Of a DNA stretch of 64,000 bases, positions 12,901-27,900 are shown one piece after another. Under the pieces are notes generated by a model. That model was not told the origin of the DNA. It was given only the letters and a program-made list of their open reading frames with translations, and searched no databases. Both the position numbers and the translations under genes were made by a program. The first letter of the stretch is position 1; each line of letters starts with the position of its first letter. The stretch lies in assembly GCF_036365525.1 (NCBI RefSeq), contig NC_090409.1, positions 21,338,437 to 21,402,436 on the forward strand, read 5' to 3'. The stretch is from Heterodontus francisci. Its lineage: Eukaryota.

Positions 12901-15900
12901 CAGTGACCGTTACAGCGTGCTAATATTCGTAAATACGGGGAAAATTGAATGTGCATAGAATTGGAGAGAGAATAAAATGCATTTTGAACAAGTTCTGCAA
13001 TGGTTCGTTCAGCCTCCTTTTGTGCAGTTGGCTTCTTCGTTCCATGGTAAATTCAAGCTTTCAGCAATATGCGAAATGATTTCACTCATCTTTCAAATTT
13101 ACATTTTGCCACTGTATGAGATTTGTTCAGGCAAAATTATTGGCATGAAAATCGATTTAGTTGGATCAGTAGTGTGGAAGACATATTCATTGTTTCAGGA
13201 GATAAAGGAATGTATTAATGAGATGAATAAATAGGCTTAGCATTCAGTGGTAATACTATCTTTTGATACTCGTGCAATAATGGGCGACATCGAATAATTC
13301 CTTTCCATTTAATTTAAGAGCCAGCATGTGTAACCTGCGAGTAAATGGACACCGGTCATTTTACACTATCAACCAATGTTAAACAACACCCTCCTTCATT
13401 TGAGTAACTTGATCGGTACCAAATAAGTCCTGTTCACCTGAATCTCGGCAACTTTCCTTCAAAGCATTACATTCTGGAACAAAATAATAGGAATAACTTA
13501 AAGATACTGTAGTAATATCCGAGTAGCCTGGATGAGCAATACAGACAACCTGGCTTCAAATCCTGGCATTTGAAATTTGAGAATTTGAATTCCATTTCGA
13601 AATTTAAAATATTTAGTATTCATAGAAGTGACCATGAAGGCACAGGGCTGCAGCAAAACCCAAATGTTTTCACGAATGTCCTTATGGTAAGGAAAGCTGT
13701 CGTTCTTAACAGTTATATGGTAGACCCTCAAAAAAGAGCTTTTGTGACTCAGGATAACTTGGCAGGGCAATAAATACTCGCCTTTCAGGCGACGCCCGAC
13801 TCCAAGTTGTTGTCTTAATAGGAGTGCGCATGTCGTTGCAAATTGACTTCCTGGTACATGCACTCGAGGCTCACCTGATCTCCATCCGTGAATTATACTT
13901 CATTGACATGAATACCTTATTTATACCTAGTCTAAATTCTTTACAATGCCTGAAGCATCAACCCCTTGCCATCGGATGGAGGGAGACCAGATGTTCACGT
14001 CAATGTGAGCATCACCAGAGGGCAAACTGGGTAACATTGAACTTGTGTGGGAAAGTAAAACAGGCAGAAATGCTTTTTGCCATCAGTTTCAGTGCATGTG
14101 CCACATTCAAGAGAAGTGAATATAGGACGCAATGTGAAATGGACGATCAGTCCAATGTCACCTGCTGTGCTTCAGTATCCATCTTGTCAAATTTCATGCA
14201 TATTGCTGGGTATTCACGCTGAAGTGTATAAAGATGATGACAATAACTCACTTCCACTAATACAATGATCAGACTAATATCAAAACCTTCTGAACGCCCC
14301 ATACAATCTAATGAACACATATAATTGCATCGAATTTGCATCTCAGGTAAGAGTGATTCAACATATGTGGTCTATGCCAGTTTTCATGATTGTCACGATC
14401 CTCTTCCCATACTGCTTACCTTACCATATGACCTTTAATTGTTTCCTCCATCATATAGTTATGCAGCTTCCCCATAAATGCATCTACGTTATTCCAGTTG
14501 AAGGAGTGAAAAATTCTACACTTCAACTCACCTCTAGGTAAAGAGGTTAAAAGTGAATTTCTTATTACATTTAGTAGGTACTGTCTGATATTCATGAGCA
14601 CTAATATTATACTCCATCACAAGTGGAATTATCTTCCCTATATCGACCCCCTCCAAGACTAATATTAAATACATCGATTAGGGCACCGATCTGGCATGAC
14701 TTTCCCAGAAAACATAGAGCAGCCTGCACAATCATACTTGGCAGTTGTACATTCTTAGTAATGGCAGCAGCCTTGTGCAAGCATTATGAAGATTCTGCAG
14801 TACACATACACTTTTTTTTTGAACAGACAGCCAACGACCTTGCTCAACAATATGCAATGAAGAATACAGTGTGCAAAGTAGAAGGCACAATGAAATGTAC
14901 TTTTTTTACCCAACGAACAGACAATTCCGCAATGACTGTGTTTACCTTTCTCGTTCTTTTCTATAGCGGCCTCTATTTGGATTGTACAGAAAAACATTAA
15001 AAAACAATGAAATCCACTGCTAGCATCAGTCAACCCTTCATGTTGCTGGCGTCCAGATAGCTATTCTCCTCCACTTTTTGTATATCCCCTACTTCCATGC
15101 TTCTAACATTGATGGTCATGCCATCAGCTACCGCTGAGAGAAGCTCTGTAATCCTTCCATGAATATGGACAAATCTCCGCATCCCGAGCTTCCTTTAAGA
15201 TTTTTTTCAACAATAAAAGTAAGACGAGAAAGATAAGTAGGCTTTTAGACTATTTAAAACCACATCCTTGTGCAAAACGTTGTTCAGATGACCGAATATC
15301 TCATGTGGTCGTACGTTCTTTATAAATGAATATTGCTATATTGCAGATAATAATACCTCAAGTTACAGGACAGCTTACAGTGAGGGGCACCATTTGCTTT
15401 AGCTTTAATGAGGTAAGATTGTTCTATAACTCTAGCTTCACAACTATATAACCCACTGCTGACCTGTATTTGTCAGATTTTCCTTCAATGCCTGGATATC
15501 TGTAATTGCAAAGCAAAACTCTCAGAACTCTCTATCGAATATAATTCCACATTTCCTTTCTCACTTATCGGGCTAGATGCAGATAGTTTTAAGATTGGGC
15601 ACTGGTGTTGAACACTGTGCATCCAGCCCAATTTGCTGTTCTGTCGATTTGGAAGGAAAATACTTGACAGTACCCATTCTACACCATCACACTAAGGTAC
15701 CAACTTCCCCACGATTTTCTTAGCAGCTTAGAGAGAGATGGGACAAAGACCGTGTACAGTACCTTTGATGACCCCAGGCCGTACTGAAGCATCTCACAAC
15801 TAATTAAATACTTGGTTATCTTTAAACTCGACTAACCCTGGCAAGCCTCCTACTTAGTACACTGCGTAAAATCTGGTCATCCAAAACATTTTTCCCCTGT

Positions 15901-18900
15901 CTTAAATCATACCATGTCCTATTGTGCCATCACGTCTGTGCCCAAGGCCTGCTTTATACCACGCTACAATTTATTCTCCATTGAAAGGAATTATAACCTC
16001 TGATGTGAGAATCAAGAATCTTACAATTAGAGATAATCTTTTCAGAAGGCAAATCAGGAAACACGTTTCCATACAGAGTGCCAGAAAAGTAGGGAGTTCT
16101 CTCCTGCAAATATCTATGAACGGTGGAACAATTAAACATTGGCGTTACTGCATTTTGTTTTTTGTTAGGTAAGCGTGTTAAGTGAACTGAAACCAAGGCA
16201 GGTGGATGTATTTGAAGTGCATATTATCCATGATCTGACTAAATGGCGGAGAAAAGTCCAGGAGCTGAATGGTTTACTTCTGTTGCGATCTTCTAGAGGT
16301 TGCGGACAGATTGTTTTCGAGGTTGTACACGATTATGGCATATTTAGATAGAGTAGACACAGAAGAGCTATTCTATTAACTAATGTTCCAAGTACTACGG
16401 TGACACCAATTTAAAGTTTTATGTAAAAAGATATGGAGTGGGGGGCGGGGGGGGGGGGGGGGGTGGTGGGGGGGGGGGGTGTGGTGATATGAGGAAGAAA
16501 ATGATTACACAGCGAGTGGCAATGACCTAGAAACCGATTACTACGAGGATGGTGGGAGCAAAGACGATCAATGATTTCAAAAGAAAGTTGGATGCGCCAT
16601 TGAGGGATATAAACGTGCAGAGGTACGGAGTTAGAACAGAGAAATGGGACATACTGGACTGCTCCACAGAGAGCTGGTATGGACTCGATGGACGGAATAG
16701 CCTTGTTCACTTTCGTAATGAAAACAATTTCTGATGCAAAAACTAGTCAAGTCAGGGGAAAAAGGATGAATTTCAAAGGTAGCCCATTATATCTAGAACA
16801 TTATATTTTACAGAAGAATTACCTGTAAACAGCAAGTTACACTCAAAATTTCAGTCATTAGTGAGCCTATTTCATAGATGTCCACACACTCGAATGTCCT
16901 AGGCCCCAAAACACATATCAGGTCCTAAATATGCGCACATCAACATAAACAATCATGGCCCGAGGGAGGCAACAATTCACACCATATATAGATTCTTTAA
17001 TTCTGAAAATTAATATATCTATACATATAAACATCATCCATGAAAATTAAGCACAGTTAGTTGAAGAACACGAGATCGTGAAAACATTGCATTTTGCATT
17101 GCGAAATACTGTTGCAGTAAAAATGCAATCAAAATTTCAGAAAACGTAGCGAATGTTTCAGTGAGAATAAATTTTAAACCAAAAATGTTCTTTCTTCGGG
17201 ACTAAAATAATGTATTTAACAGTAAAGTCGATTCAGAATCACACACTTACCCTTCTCTTTCTGACTCAGTTGTTGTTCTAATAAATAACAAGGTTTACAA
17301 AGAAAAATAATAAAATTAAAGAACTGCACAGAAATTTATGTACAACGATTTTAGGGAAGAAGCCCATTACTGGAGACGCGTCCATCAATTTCATGCACAT
17401 GGCTGAAATGAAAGGCACCCATGATCATAGTGAGACTTGTGTAAATTTGGGGCAATTTTAACTTTGAGTGTTGGTGTCAGTTACATGAAATCGAATGCTA
17501 TATCGATTATATGCCATGCCAGATTTTCCAATGATTGTCGTAAAAAAGGAAATAAAGCACGACCGATAAATCATAGAATCATGACGGCACAGAAGGAGCA
17601 CATTTGGTCTATCGATTCCATGACAGATCTCCGTACAGCAATCCAGTCAGTCCCACTCCCCTGCTCGATCGCTGCAGCCCTGTAAGCTTATTTCCGACAA
17701 GTGCCCATTAAATTTCCTTTTTAAATCATTGATTGCCTCCACTGCCACCACCTTCGTGAGCAGCAGGTTTCAGGTCGTTAGTACCCGCTATGGAATAAAG
17801 TTCTTCCACCTATTCCCCCAGCATCTTTTTCCCGAATGATAAATCCTAGTGCTTGTACAAACTGGTCAGAAACATGTACACCTCTATCAAATCTCTCCTC
17901 ATTCTCCTTTGTTCCAAGGAGCAAAACCCCACCTTTCACGGCTGTGTATCACTTAGCATTTTAATCGTCCTCTTTACATTATTCAAAGCTGTACATTTGA
18001 CCCAGTTTCTTCAATGGAAAGTACAATTGCGAGGGGTGCAGAGCTGGTGGACCATTCCTTATCACACACTGAACACTATTACATAAAGGTATATGCAAAC
18101 GATTTGTTACAGCACCCGAAATAAAACAGTAGGTAGTGAATCGACAATACATGGTTAACAGTCAAGGATGGGGGCGAGGTTGCAAAAGAAGATGTGTTTC
18201 CAGCCCACAAACGTATCATCTTACCTATGTCTTGCAGACTCTCCTTCAGGGTGTCTAGCTCTTCAGAAAATCAGGAAATAGAACAGTGAGCTCGCATCCA
18301 GAAAGATTTGGATAACATGTAGACTTGGGTTGAGAGGTGGCAAGTAACATTCATGCCACAGCCGTGCAAGACAATAACTATTTCAGAAAGAGAGACATTA
18401 TCCTTTCTTACTCCTTGACAATCAATGGCATTGCTATGACCAAATTCCCCCTGATCAATGACTTAAGGTCACCATGCCCAGAAGCATAGCTGGCCCAGCC
18501 AACCAAATACTGTGGCTACCAGAGCAGGTTAGAGGCTGCAACAATTGACTCACTGCAAAGACGTTCCACCATATCCAAGGCTAGAGTCAGGATAATGATG
18601 GAATATCCCCACCTGTCTGCTTGAGTGCAGCTCCAATGATTCAGGACAAAGCTTTGCACCCCATCTCTTCTCTTCTCTCCCAGGCAGTCCCTCGGAAACG
18701 AGGATGGCTTTCTTCCACTCCAGGGTTGTGGGTTCTTAGGTGACTGAATGGTGCATATTCTGGATCCTTTCACTCTGCCACAGGTTGGGAACGTGATGTT
18801 TGGTGAGGCGAGTAAATGGGATGCACGAAATTGCGAATGCTCTTTTGGCTGTTTGCACTTGGTCGCTGCTTAGGCATGTGAACTTTGTTCGAACTGATTG

Positions 18901-21900
18901 ACACCTGCCTCGATGCTTCTTCTCCATTATGGGCTTTTTGGGCAAGAGATTCCCATGAATCAATGGAGATGTAATTTTTTTCAGGGAGGCTTGAATGACA
19001 TCTATATAATGTTTCCTTTGCCCTCCTGGTAGCCTCTTTCCGTGATGGAGCTCGGAGTAGAAAGCTAGTTATCTGCCACTGACACAATCCGAGAGCAATC
19101 TGTGTCATTGCAGCAACAATCGTTTCCATCTTCCTCGCCACAACACTGCACCTCCTCTCATTGAGGCTCCCTAATAGAGTAGATATACTCTATAGGACGA
19201 GCGGGAAACTATTTAACCAATGCTGCCTCCAATCTATGAACAAGGCCACTCCAACCTTTGTCATCAAGCTGCAATATGCTGAAGACATTGCCATATGTGC
19301 ACATTCAGCGGCCGAGCTTCAAACTCTCGTCGTTACATTCATGAGAAGTATGAAAGATTGTGCCTTAAGCTAAACATCCGGAAGCCAAAGGTCCTCGACC
19401 AACCTGCTTCCACAGCGCAACACTGCCCCCCGACTATTAAGATACACGGGAAGCATTGGAAAATGTGAATCATTTCCCATAATTTGCAAGCCTCCGCTCA
19501 GCAAAGGCAGACATCGACAATGAAACTCAGCATCGCCTGCAGTGTGCCAGTGCAACCTTCAGTCGTCTGAGGAAATGGGTGTTTGACTACAATGGCCTCA
19601 GACCTGGCAGCAAGCTCATGGTCTATGAAGCCACAGTGTTACTTGCACCCTCCACCCCCCCCTCACCTGTATGTTTAGTAAACAGAGAAACTGTGCAGCC
19701 CCTGGAGAAATATCACAGTGGTGCCTCCAGAATATCCTACAAATTCAGTGGCATGGCAGGCGCTCCAATATCATTGTCCTCTGTCAGGCTAACATCCACA
19801 GTATCGAGACACTGGCCATGTCTACTATTGGGCGGGCCACATCATCTGCATGCCAGATACAAGCCTCCCAAAACAAGCACCCCATCTAACACCTTATGCA
19901 TTCACTCCCTCCTACACTGCTGCACTATGTTAGCATTGTGTACCATCTACAAGATGCACGACAGCAACTTACGAAATCTCCTTGAATAGCACCTTTGAAA
20001 GAGTTGAGCAGGGTTGCAGGTCTGGTGAAGGTTGCAGAGATGAGCTTTTCCCAGCACCTTTTCCATTACCACCCATATCCAATTTCACCTCACATACTGG
20101 ACCAGGGTAAACAAACTCATGCATCAGAAAATGCTAACTTAAACTACAGCAGAATAAACAGAGTGCAGGATTGACAGGTATGTATGTCCAAGTTATCAGT
20201 ATTGATAGCACTACTCTGGGTAGTTAGTTTGATCCAGAGGTCTTGAACAAAAATTGCAAATGCTTGGGTTGGACATTGAGTTCAGTGAAAGTTATAATTT
20301 ATTCAAAGCTTTCCAGTTGGAGAACTACATTATTTCTGGACATTCCATACCTTTTTTAAAAGTAATTCTTAGTATACGAATGTCAATTGCGAGACCAGCA
20401 TGTATTGGCCACACCTAGTTACTCGTACGATGTCTTCGTTGAGCATTCTTCTTGAACCTCCATAAATTGTTTAACATAACTGAATGGCTTGCTAGACCAG
20501 CACTAATGAGTTTATGCCGGCTGAGGTCAGAAGTGTGGTCCTTTCATAAAGTATGTTAGTGACCACGTTGGGATTTTAAGGCAATTGGACAGCTTCGTGG
20601 TCACATTTACGGATATTACCTATTTATTGTCAACCTGAAATCAAACCTTCCTCGGCTGATCGATGAACACTCTTTATATTGATTTTGAGACAAATCTCAC
20701 AATTACTGGAGAATTGACATAATCCACACACAACCATACCTGACAACCTTTTGAGAATGTAACAAGTAGGGTAGATGAAGGGGAACCAGTAGGTGTAGGG
20801 TATTTGGATTTCCAAAAAGGCATTCATTAATTAGAATTAGAATTTTTAGAATTAGAATATTACAGCGCAGTACAGGCCCTTCGGCCCTCGATGTTGCGCC
20901 GATCATCTGACCTACACTATTCCATTTACATCCATATGTCTATCCAATGACCACTTAAATGCCCCTAAAGTTGGCGAGTCTACTACTGTTGCAGGCAGGG
21001 CGTTCCACGCCCCTACTACTCTCTGCGTAAAGAAACTACCTCTGACATCTGTCCTATATCTTTCACCCCTCAACTTAAAGCTATGTCCCCTCGTGTTTGC
21101 TATCCTCATCCGAGGAAAAAGACTCTCACTATCCACCCTATCTAACCCTCTGATTATCTTGTATGTCTCTATTAAGTCACCTCTCCTCCTCCTTCTCTCT
21201 AACGAAAACAACCCCAAGTCCCTCAGCCTTTCCTCGTAAGACCTTCCTTCCATACCAGGCAACATCCTAGTAAATCTCCTCTGCACCCTTTCCAAAGCTT
21301 CGACATCCTTCCTATAATGCGGTGACCAGAACTGCACGCAATACTCCAGGTGCGGCCTCACCAGAGTTTTGTACAGCTGCATCATGACCCCGTGGCTCTG
21401 AAACTCGATCCCCCTACTAATAAAGGCTAACACACCATATGCCTTCTTAACAGCCCTATTAACCTGGGTAGCAACTTTCAGGGATTTATGTACCTGGATA
21501 CCAAGATCTCTCTGCTCATCTACACTACCAAGAATCTTCCCATTAGCCCAGTACTCTGCATTGCTGTTACTCCTTCCAAAGTGAATCACCTCACACTTCT
21601 CCGCATTAAACTCCATTTGCCATCTCTCAGCCCAGCTCTGCAGCCTATCTATGTCCCTCTGTACCCTACAACACCCTTCGACACTATCCACAACTCCACC
21701 GACCTTCGTGTCATCCGCAAATTTACTAACCCACCCTTCTACACCCTCATCCAGGTCGTTTATAAAAATGACAAACAGCAGTGGCCCCAAAACAGAACCT
21801 TGCTGTACACCACTAGTAACTAAACTCCAGGATGAACATTTGCCATCAACCACCACCCTCTGTCTTCTTTCAGCTAGCCAATTTCTGATCCAAAGCTCTA

Positions 21901-24900
21901 AATCACCTTCAACCCCATACTTCCGTATTTTCTGCAATAGCCTACCGTGGGGAACCTTATCAAACGCCTTACTGAAATCCATATACACCACATCCACGGC
22001 TTTACCCTCATCCACCTGTTTGGTCACCTTCTCGAAAAACTCAATAAGGTTTGTGAGGCACGACCTACCTTTCACAAAACCGTGCTGACTATCGCAAATG
22101 AACTTATTCTTTTCAAGATGATTATAAATCCTGTCTCTTATAACCTTTTCCAACATTTTACCCACAACCGAAGTAAGGCTCACAGGTCTATAATTACCAG
22201 GGCTGTCTCTACTCCCCTTCTTGAACAAGGGGACAACATTTGCTATCCTCCAGTCCTCCGGCACTACTCCTGTCGACAATGACGACTTGAAGATCAACAA
22301 CAACGGCTCTGCAATCTCCTCCCTGGCTTCCCAGAGAATCCTATGATAAATCCCATCTGGCCCAGGGGACTTATCTATTTTCACTCTTTCCAAAATTGCT
22401 AACACCTCCTCCTTGTGAATCTCAATCCCATCTAGCCTAGTAGGCTGTATCTCAGTAATCTCCTCGGCAACATTTTCTTTCTCTACTGTAAATACTGACG
22501 AAAAATATTCATTTAACGCTTCCCCTATCTCCTCTGATTCCGCACACAACTTCCCACTACTATCCTTGATTGGCCCTGTTCTAACTCTTATCATTCGTTT
22601 ATTCCTGATATACCTATAGAAAGCCTTAGGGTTTTCTTTGATCCTATCCGCCAATGACTTCTCGTGTCCTCTCCTTGCTCTTCTTAGCCCTCCCTTTAGA
22701 TCCTTCCTGGCTAGCTTGTAACTCTCAAGCGCCCTAACTGAGCCTTCACGTCTCATCCTAACATAAGCCGCCCTCTTCCTCTTGACAAGCGCTTCAACTT
22801 CTTGAGTAAACCACGGCTCCCTTGCTCGACAACTTCCTCCCTGCCTGACAGGTACATACTTATCAAGGACACGCATTAGCTGCTCCTTGAATAAGCTCCA
22901 CATTTCGTTTGTGCCCATCCCCTGCAGTTTCCTTCCCCATCCTACACATCCTAAATCTTGCCTAATCGCGTCATAATTTCCTTTCCCCCAGCTATAATTC
23001 TTGCCCTGCGGTATATACCTGTCCCTGCCCATCGCTAAGGTAAACCTAACCGAATTGTGATCACTATCGCCAAAGTGCTCACCTACATCTAAATCGAACA
23101 CCTGGCCGGGTTCATTACCCAGTACCAAATCCAATGTGGCATCGCCCCTGGTTGGCCTGTCCACATACTGTGTCAGAAAACCCTCCTGCACACACTGGAC
23201 AAAAACAGACCCATCTAAAGTACTCGAACTATAGTATTTCCAGTCAATATTTGGAAAGTTAAAGTCCCCCATAACCACTACCCTGTTACTCTCGCTCCTG
23301 TCGAGAATCATCTTCGCTATCCTTTCCTCTACATCTCTGGAACTATTCGGAGGTCTATAGAAAACTCCCAACAGGGTGACTTCTCCTCTCCTGTTTCTAA
23401 CCTCGGCCCATACTACCTCAGTAGACGAGTCCTCAAACGTCCTTTCTGCCGCTGTAATACTTTCCTTGATTAACAATGCCACACCCCCCCCCCCCCCCTC
23501 TTTTACCCTCTTCTCTGTTCTTTCTGAAACATCTAAATCCCGGAACCTGCAACATCCATTCCTGCCCCTGCTCTACCCATGTCTCCGAAATGGCCACAAC
23601 ATCAGGATCCCAGGTACCAACCCATGCTGCAAGCTCACCCACCTTATTCCGGATGCTCCTGGCGTTGAAGTAGACACACTTTAAACCAAGTTCTTGCTTG
23701 CCAGTGCAAGGTTAATACACAAATAAGTATCCACGGAGTTTGTGTAATATATGAGCAAGATGGTGGATTGTTTAACTGACAGTAAGCAAATAGTAGGAAT
23801 AAACGGGGAATTTCCAATTCCAGGCTTTAACTGGTGCAGTGTTGCAAGGATTAGTATGGGGACCTCAACGATTTACAATCTATATTAATGACTGAGACGA
23901 AGATGTCTATAGTAATGTATATAAGCTTGCTGACGATTCTGCCTATTTAAAGCTAGATGGGAATGTAAGCTGTGAGGAGGGCACTCGGAGGCTGCAAAGA
24001 GCTACAACAGGATGACTAAATGTGCAACATGGTGCCGGCTTAAGTATAATGTGGGGAAGTGTGAGCTTATTCACGATATTAATAAGAATAGAAAGGGAGA
24101 CTATTTTTAAAGGCTCGAAACCTCGAAAGTTTGATGCTCAGAGGGACTTGGGAATACTTGTACAGGAAACACATAATGTTAGTGTACAGTTACAACAAGC
24201 AGTTTGGAAGGCCAATGGCATGTTAGCCTTCATTACAAGGGGCGTAGAGTGCAGAAATGAATAGGTCTTGGCACAATTCTACAAGGCTTTGATGAGAGCA
24301 ATCTGGGGTACTATGTGTAGTTTTTATTTGCATATGTAAGGAAGGATATACTTGCATATGATGCGGTAGAATGGAGGTTCACTACCCTGGGATAAGAGCT
24401 TTGTCTATCGTTGAGGAAGTGAGTAAGCTGGGTTTATATTCTCCAGCGTTTACACAAATAAAATGATAAAAGGGGACCTTATTGAAATATGGAAGATTCC
24501 GAAGGGCCGAGACAAGGTAGACACTGAAAGGTGTCTCCATCGGCTGGGATATGGTGGCACATACTCGGAATGATGTGCTAATCATTTAGGAATGAGATGA
24601 TGAGATACTTCTGTAATTAAAGGGCTGTGAACCTTTATAATTCTCTACTGTACAGCGTTGTGCATGCTTCATCGTTGAATATACTTAAGGCAGAGATAAA
24701 CAGGGAATCAAGGGATATTAGCATCTGCCGGGAAAGTGGGGTTGAGACCCAAAGAGCAGCCATGAGCGTACTGAATGACGCAACATGATTCAACTGGCTG
24801 TGTGATCTACCCCTGCTCTTATTTCATATATTCTAATGTTCTTAACCCCAGTGTGAATATTGTTCAGGTCATGTTGCTTGTGAGCACTGACTGATTCATT

Positions 24901-27900
24901 ATATAAGGGGTTTTGAATGGAACTGAACACTGTGCAACTACGAACAAACATCTCCACTTTGCATGACAGAATGATAAATGAGTTAGAGTCTATTGTATGT
25001 TGTGGGAGATAGCTCAAAAATCTTCACCACATTTGTGCAGAACTATTGCACAACTTTCCTCCTGAACAAGTTGTCTGTGAATTTAAGTGTATGTCCTCTT
25101 TTCCTTGACTCCCTTCCATTACAAATCTATTTGACCCCCACACAGTCCTTTCAAAATCCTAGCAACGTCAATTGAATCACGATTTACATTTTCATATTCC
25201 AGATAATACATGCCTAGCTTATGTACTTTTTCCACTTAATTTGTCCTTCAGAGGCCTGGTAACACTGTCGTGCTTGGCTCCTTCTAAGGCAAAAATAGCC
25301 TTTCTAGATTGTCCTGCAAAGAAGTATTTACAAGACCACTGATTTAGTCTAACAAGGGCTCTAGATAGCTGCAGCAAAACTTCCTCCTGTTTATATTCCA
25401 GTCCTCGAAATATATATATAACAGGCATTTTGATTATTTTGTGCACCTGGCAACCCACAATCGCTTTGGACATCAGCTGATCTTCGATTGTCAGCACTTT
25501 GATATATTCATAACTATTCCTTTTTGGTAAATGTGGATGAATTCACACTTAGCTGCCTCGAAAGCCATCTGTCACAGTTGTGATCACTACTTAAATCTAT
25601 TAATTTCTCTTTCTAATATTATTTTCTAGCCTGCACTACTTAGTTTGGTGCCAATACCTGTTTCACTGTCAAACGTGGATCTCTGTTGCGTTGCTGAGTC
25701 CCCGCCCAGATCCGTGTTGAACACCATTAATCACGTTCTTATACTAGAGTGAATAACCTTTATGCCTATTATTTGTGCCTCACCTCCTAACTAATCATCT
25801 AAAGCAGCAGTAACATTCCTAAAATTCTATGAGATTTAATTTTAGCAATTGCATTGTATATGAATCTTTATCGAACAAATTATGGATGTCCATATCAACT
25901 ACTTGCATAGACATTCCCCTGTCTGCTACTTTACATGACCAAACTTTAGAAATCCATTTTTGCTCTCTCTAATCATCTCAAATTCTGAACGTGTTTAGTC
26001 AAAATGTGTCTCGTTATACATTACAATTACTTCTCCACAGAGATATTAGATTAGTAGGCCTGTATTTACTTTATTTATACTGCCTTGAGCATCTTAAATA
26101 TTTGAGTTGCAATTCATTTTTTCGGCTAAAGGGACAATTGCTGAATTTGAATGAATTGGAAGAGAATGACTAAAGCATCGTCAGATATCTCACATCCTCC
26201 TGTTCTGGCGACTTCCCAAACTTTAGTGCCATTATATATTTTTTTTTGTCTTTTGTGTATGTTAATATTAATGTGTTTCAGTCCTTGGTTCATTAATATT
26301 TTCAATGGAAAGTATTTTATCCTCTTCCTCCACTGCAAAGACTGACATAACATAACTATTCATCACGGTTGCCATTTCCTTATTTTCATGAGACATATCG
26401 CCCTCACCTGTTTGAAATGTTGAAATATTACCCTGACTTGGGTTCTTCCATGAAACGTTCAAAAACGTTTGTGTTGAAATTGATATTGCTGGCAAGATTT
26501 TTTTCGCATATCTAATTGCAGCTCTTGCTACCTTTCCGCTGGCCTATGATTATCCTTCTATGTCGCACGGTCCCTGGATGCAGACTGCCCTTTCACATAC
26601 TCCTTCCTCAGGTGTGATGTTATTCTTGAGCTCCTTGACAGGAATTGAAAATGCACAGCAATGTCACAACTGAATTGATTTTGATGTGGTTTGCTGCACT
26701 CACCTTTCAGTTTCTGATTGAGCGTCATTTCTATTGAAAGCACATTCAAAGAATAAGTGCATATTAGTGTATGACAGATGAGCAAACATGTCTCCCAACA
26801 TGATCCGATTCGTCATAGAAAAAAGCTGAAAATAATTAAATGTGAAAATTGGATGTAATAATTGATAAATTGAAAGTGGCAGGACAAATTGATATCCATG
26901 TTTTAAAATTTTATGCCATCCTAGGCTTCATAAAGAGAGGCATATGGAATCGAAGCACGGACGTTATGATAAACTCTCATAATTCACTGGTTAAGTCCAG
27001 TTGAAGTATTGTGCCCATTTCTGAAAACCACATTTTAAGAAGTACTTGGAGAGGGTGCATAGATTTACTGAAGCACTACCAGGGATGAGGGACTCCAGTC
27101 ATAATAGTTTAAAATTGGTCAGTAGAAAGGCACGAAAGATGGGAGGAATAATTCCTTTATTCAGGTGTTTGATGGTGTGTGACAGCGGCAAACATTACAG
27201 ATTATGCAGAAATATCCGATAAATGTGTTTGAAGTAGATTTATATGCAGGGTACAAGTAGGGAAGGACACTGATATTATGTTGTTGTTACATCAATAAAG
27301 AGATGGGCATATATATGTGGGAGGTATAGCCTTCGTTGGTGCTGCATTTCAATGTTCTGTGTTACAAGTGAAGTTTCTTTCTTCACATTCGGTACCCAAG
27401 CATGATTTAGGATTTACCACAGCTTAGAGAGGGATATGTGGAAGCCTGATAGCCCTGCAGTGCAAAGTATATGGAATGCCAGATACAGAAGAGGAGCAAC
27501 GTGTCTTGTGTGGTAGCGCAAAACTAGTGGCATTGCATTGGTCGACCCATATCCGAGCCAAGCGATATGCAGTATTAATGGAATGATGAGGCTATGACGA
27601 TCATGGCAATTATGATGATAATTACATAGAATTATATAAACTTCTCAGTCAATGTTTATGCACCACCCAAGGCTCAATTCAACCCTCTTCAATGAACTCT
27701 ATAAGCATATCATAAGAATCGTTTCGCACTCATGTGTTTATGTAATTTTCCATTAGCTGCAGCATGAATTACTTCAAATTGAATACATTTTCACATTCTT
27801 TCGCCTCTGTGGATAAATAAGTTTCTCGCTAATTATCTGTTGCATTTCTTGTGGCTTCCTTAAATATGTGACATTTAGCTTTGGACAGCCCACAAGTAGA

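Larger units (their letters stand above)
20740..24842 (+). mobile_element. Old CR1 interrupted by a young antisense CR1
   Basis: gtagatgaaggggaacca...tatttggatttccaaaaaggcattc before 20830; RT resumes after 23706 and runs to a 3' tail at ~24840. Confidence 0.75.

Noticed and set aside
14416-14535. Tandem donors gtaaggtaagc and ag|gtgagt on minus
   Set aside because: No acceptor giving a convincing frame-preserving exon.
16438-16480. G-runs (also ~40628-40655 and 60648-60690) as G-quadruplex candidates
   Set aside because: Look like homopolymer expansions, two of them inside decayed CR1s; no evidence of function.
21488-23684. Plus-strand ORFs overlapping the CR1 ORF2, and similar ones at 34277, 47397, 59612 and 62164
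   Set aside because: Antisense shadows of LINE coding sequence.
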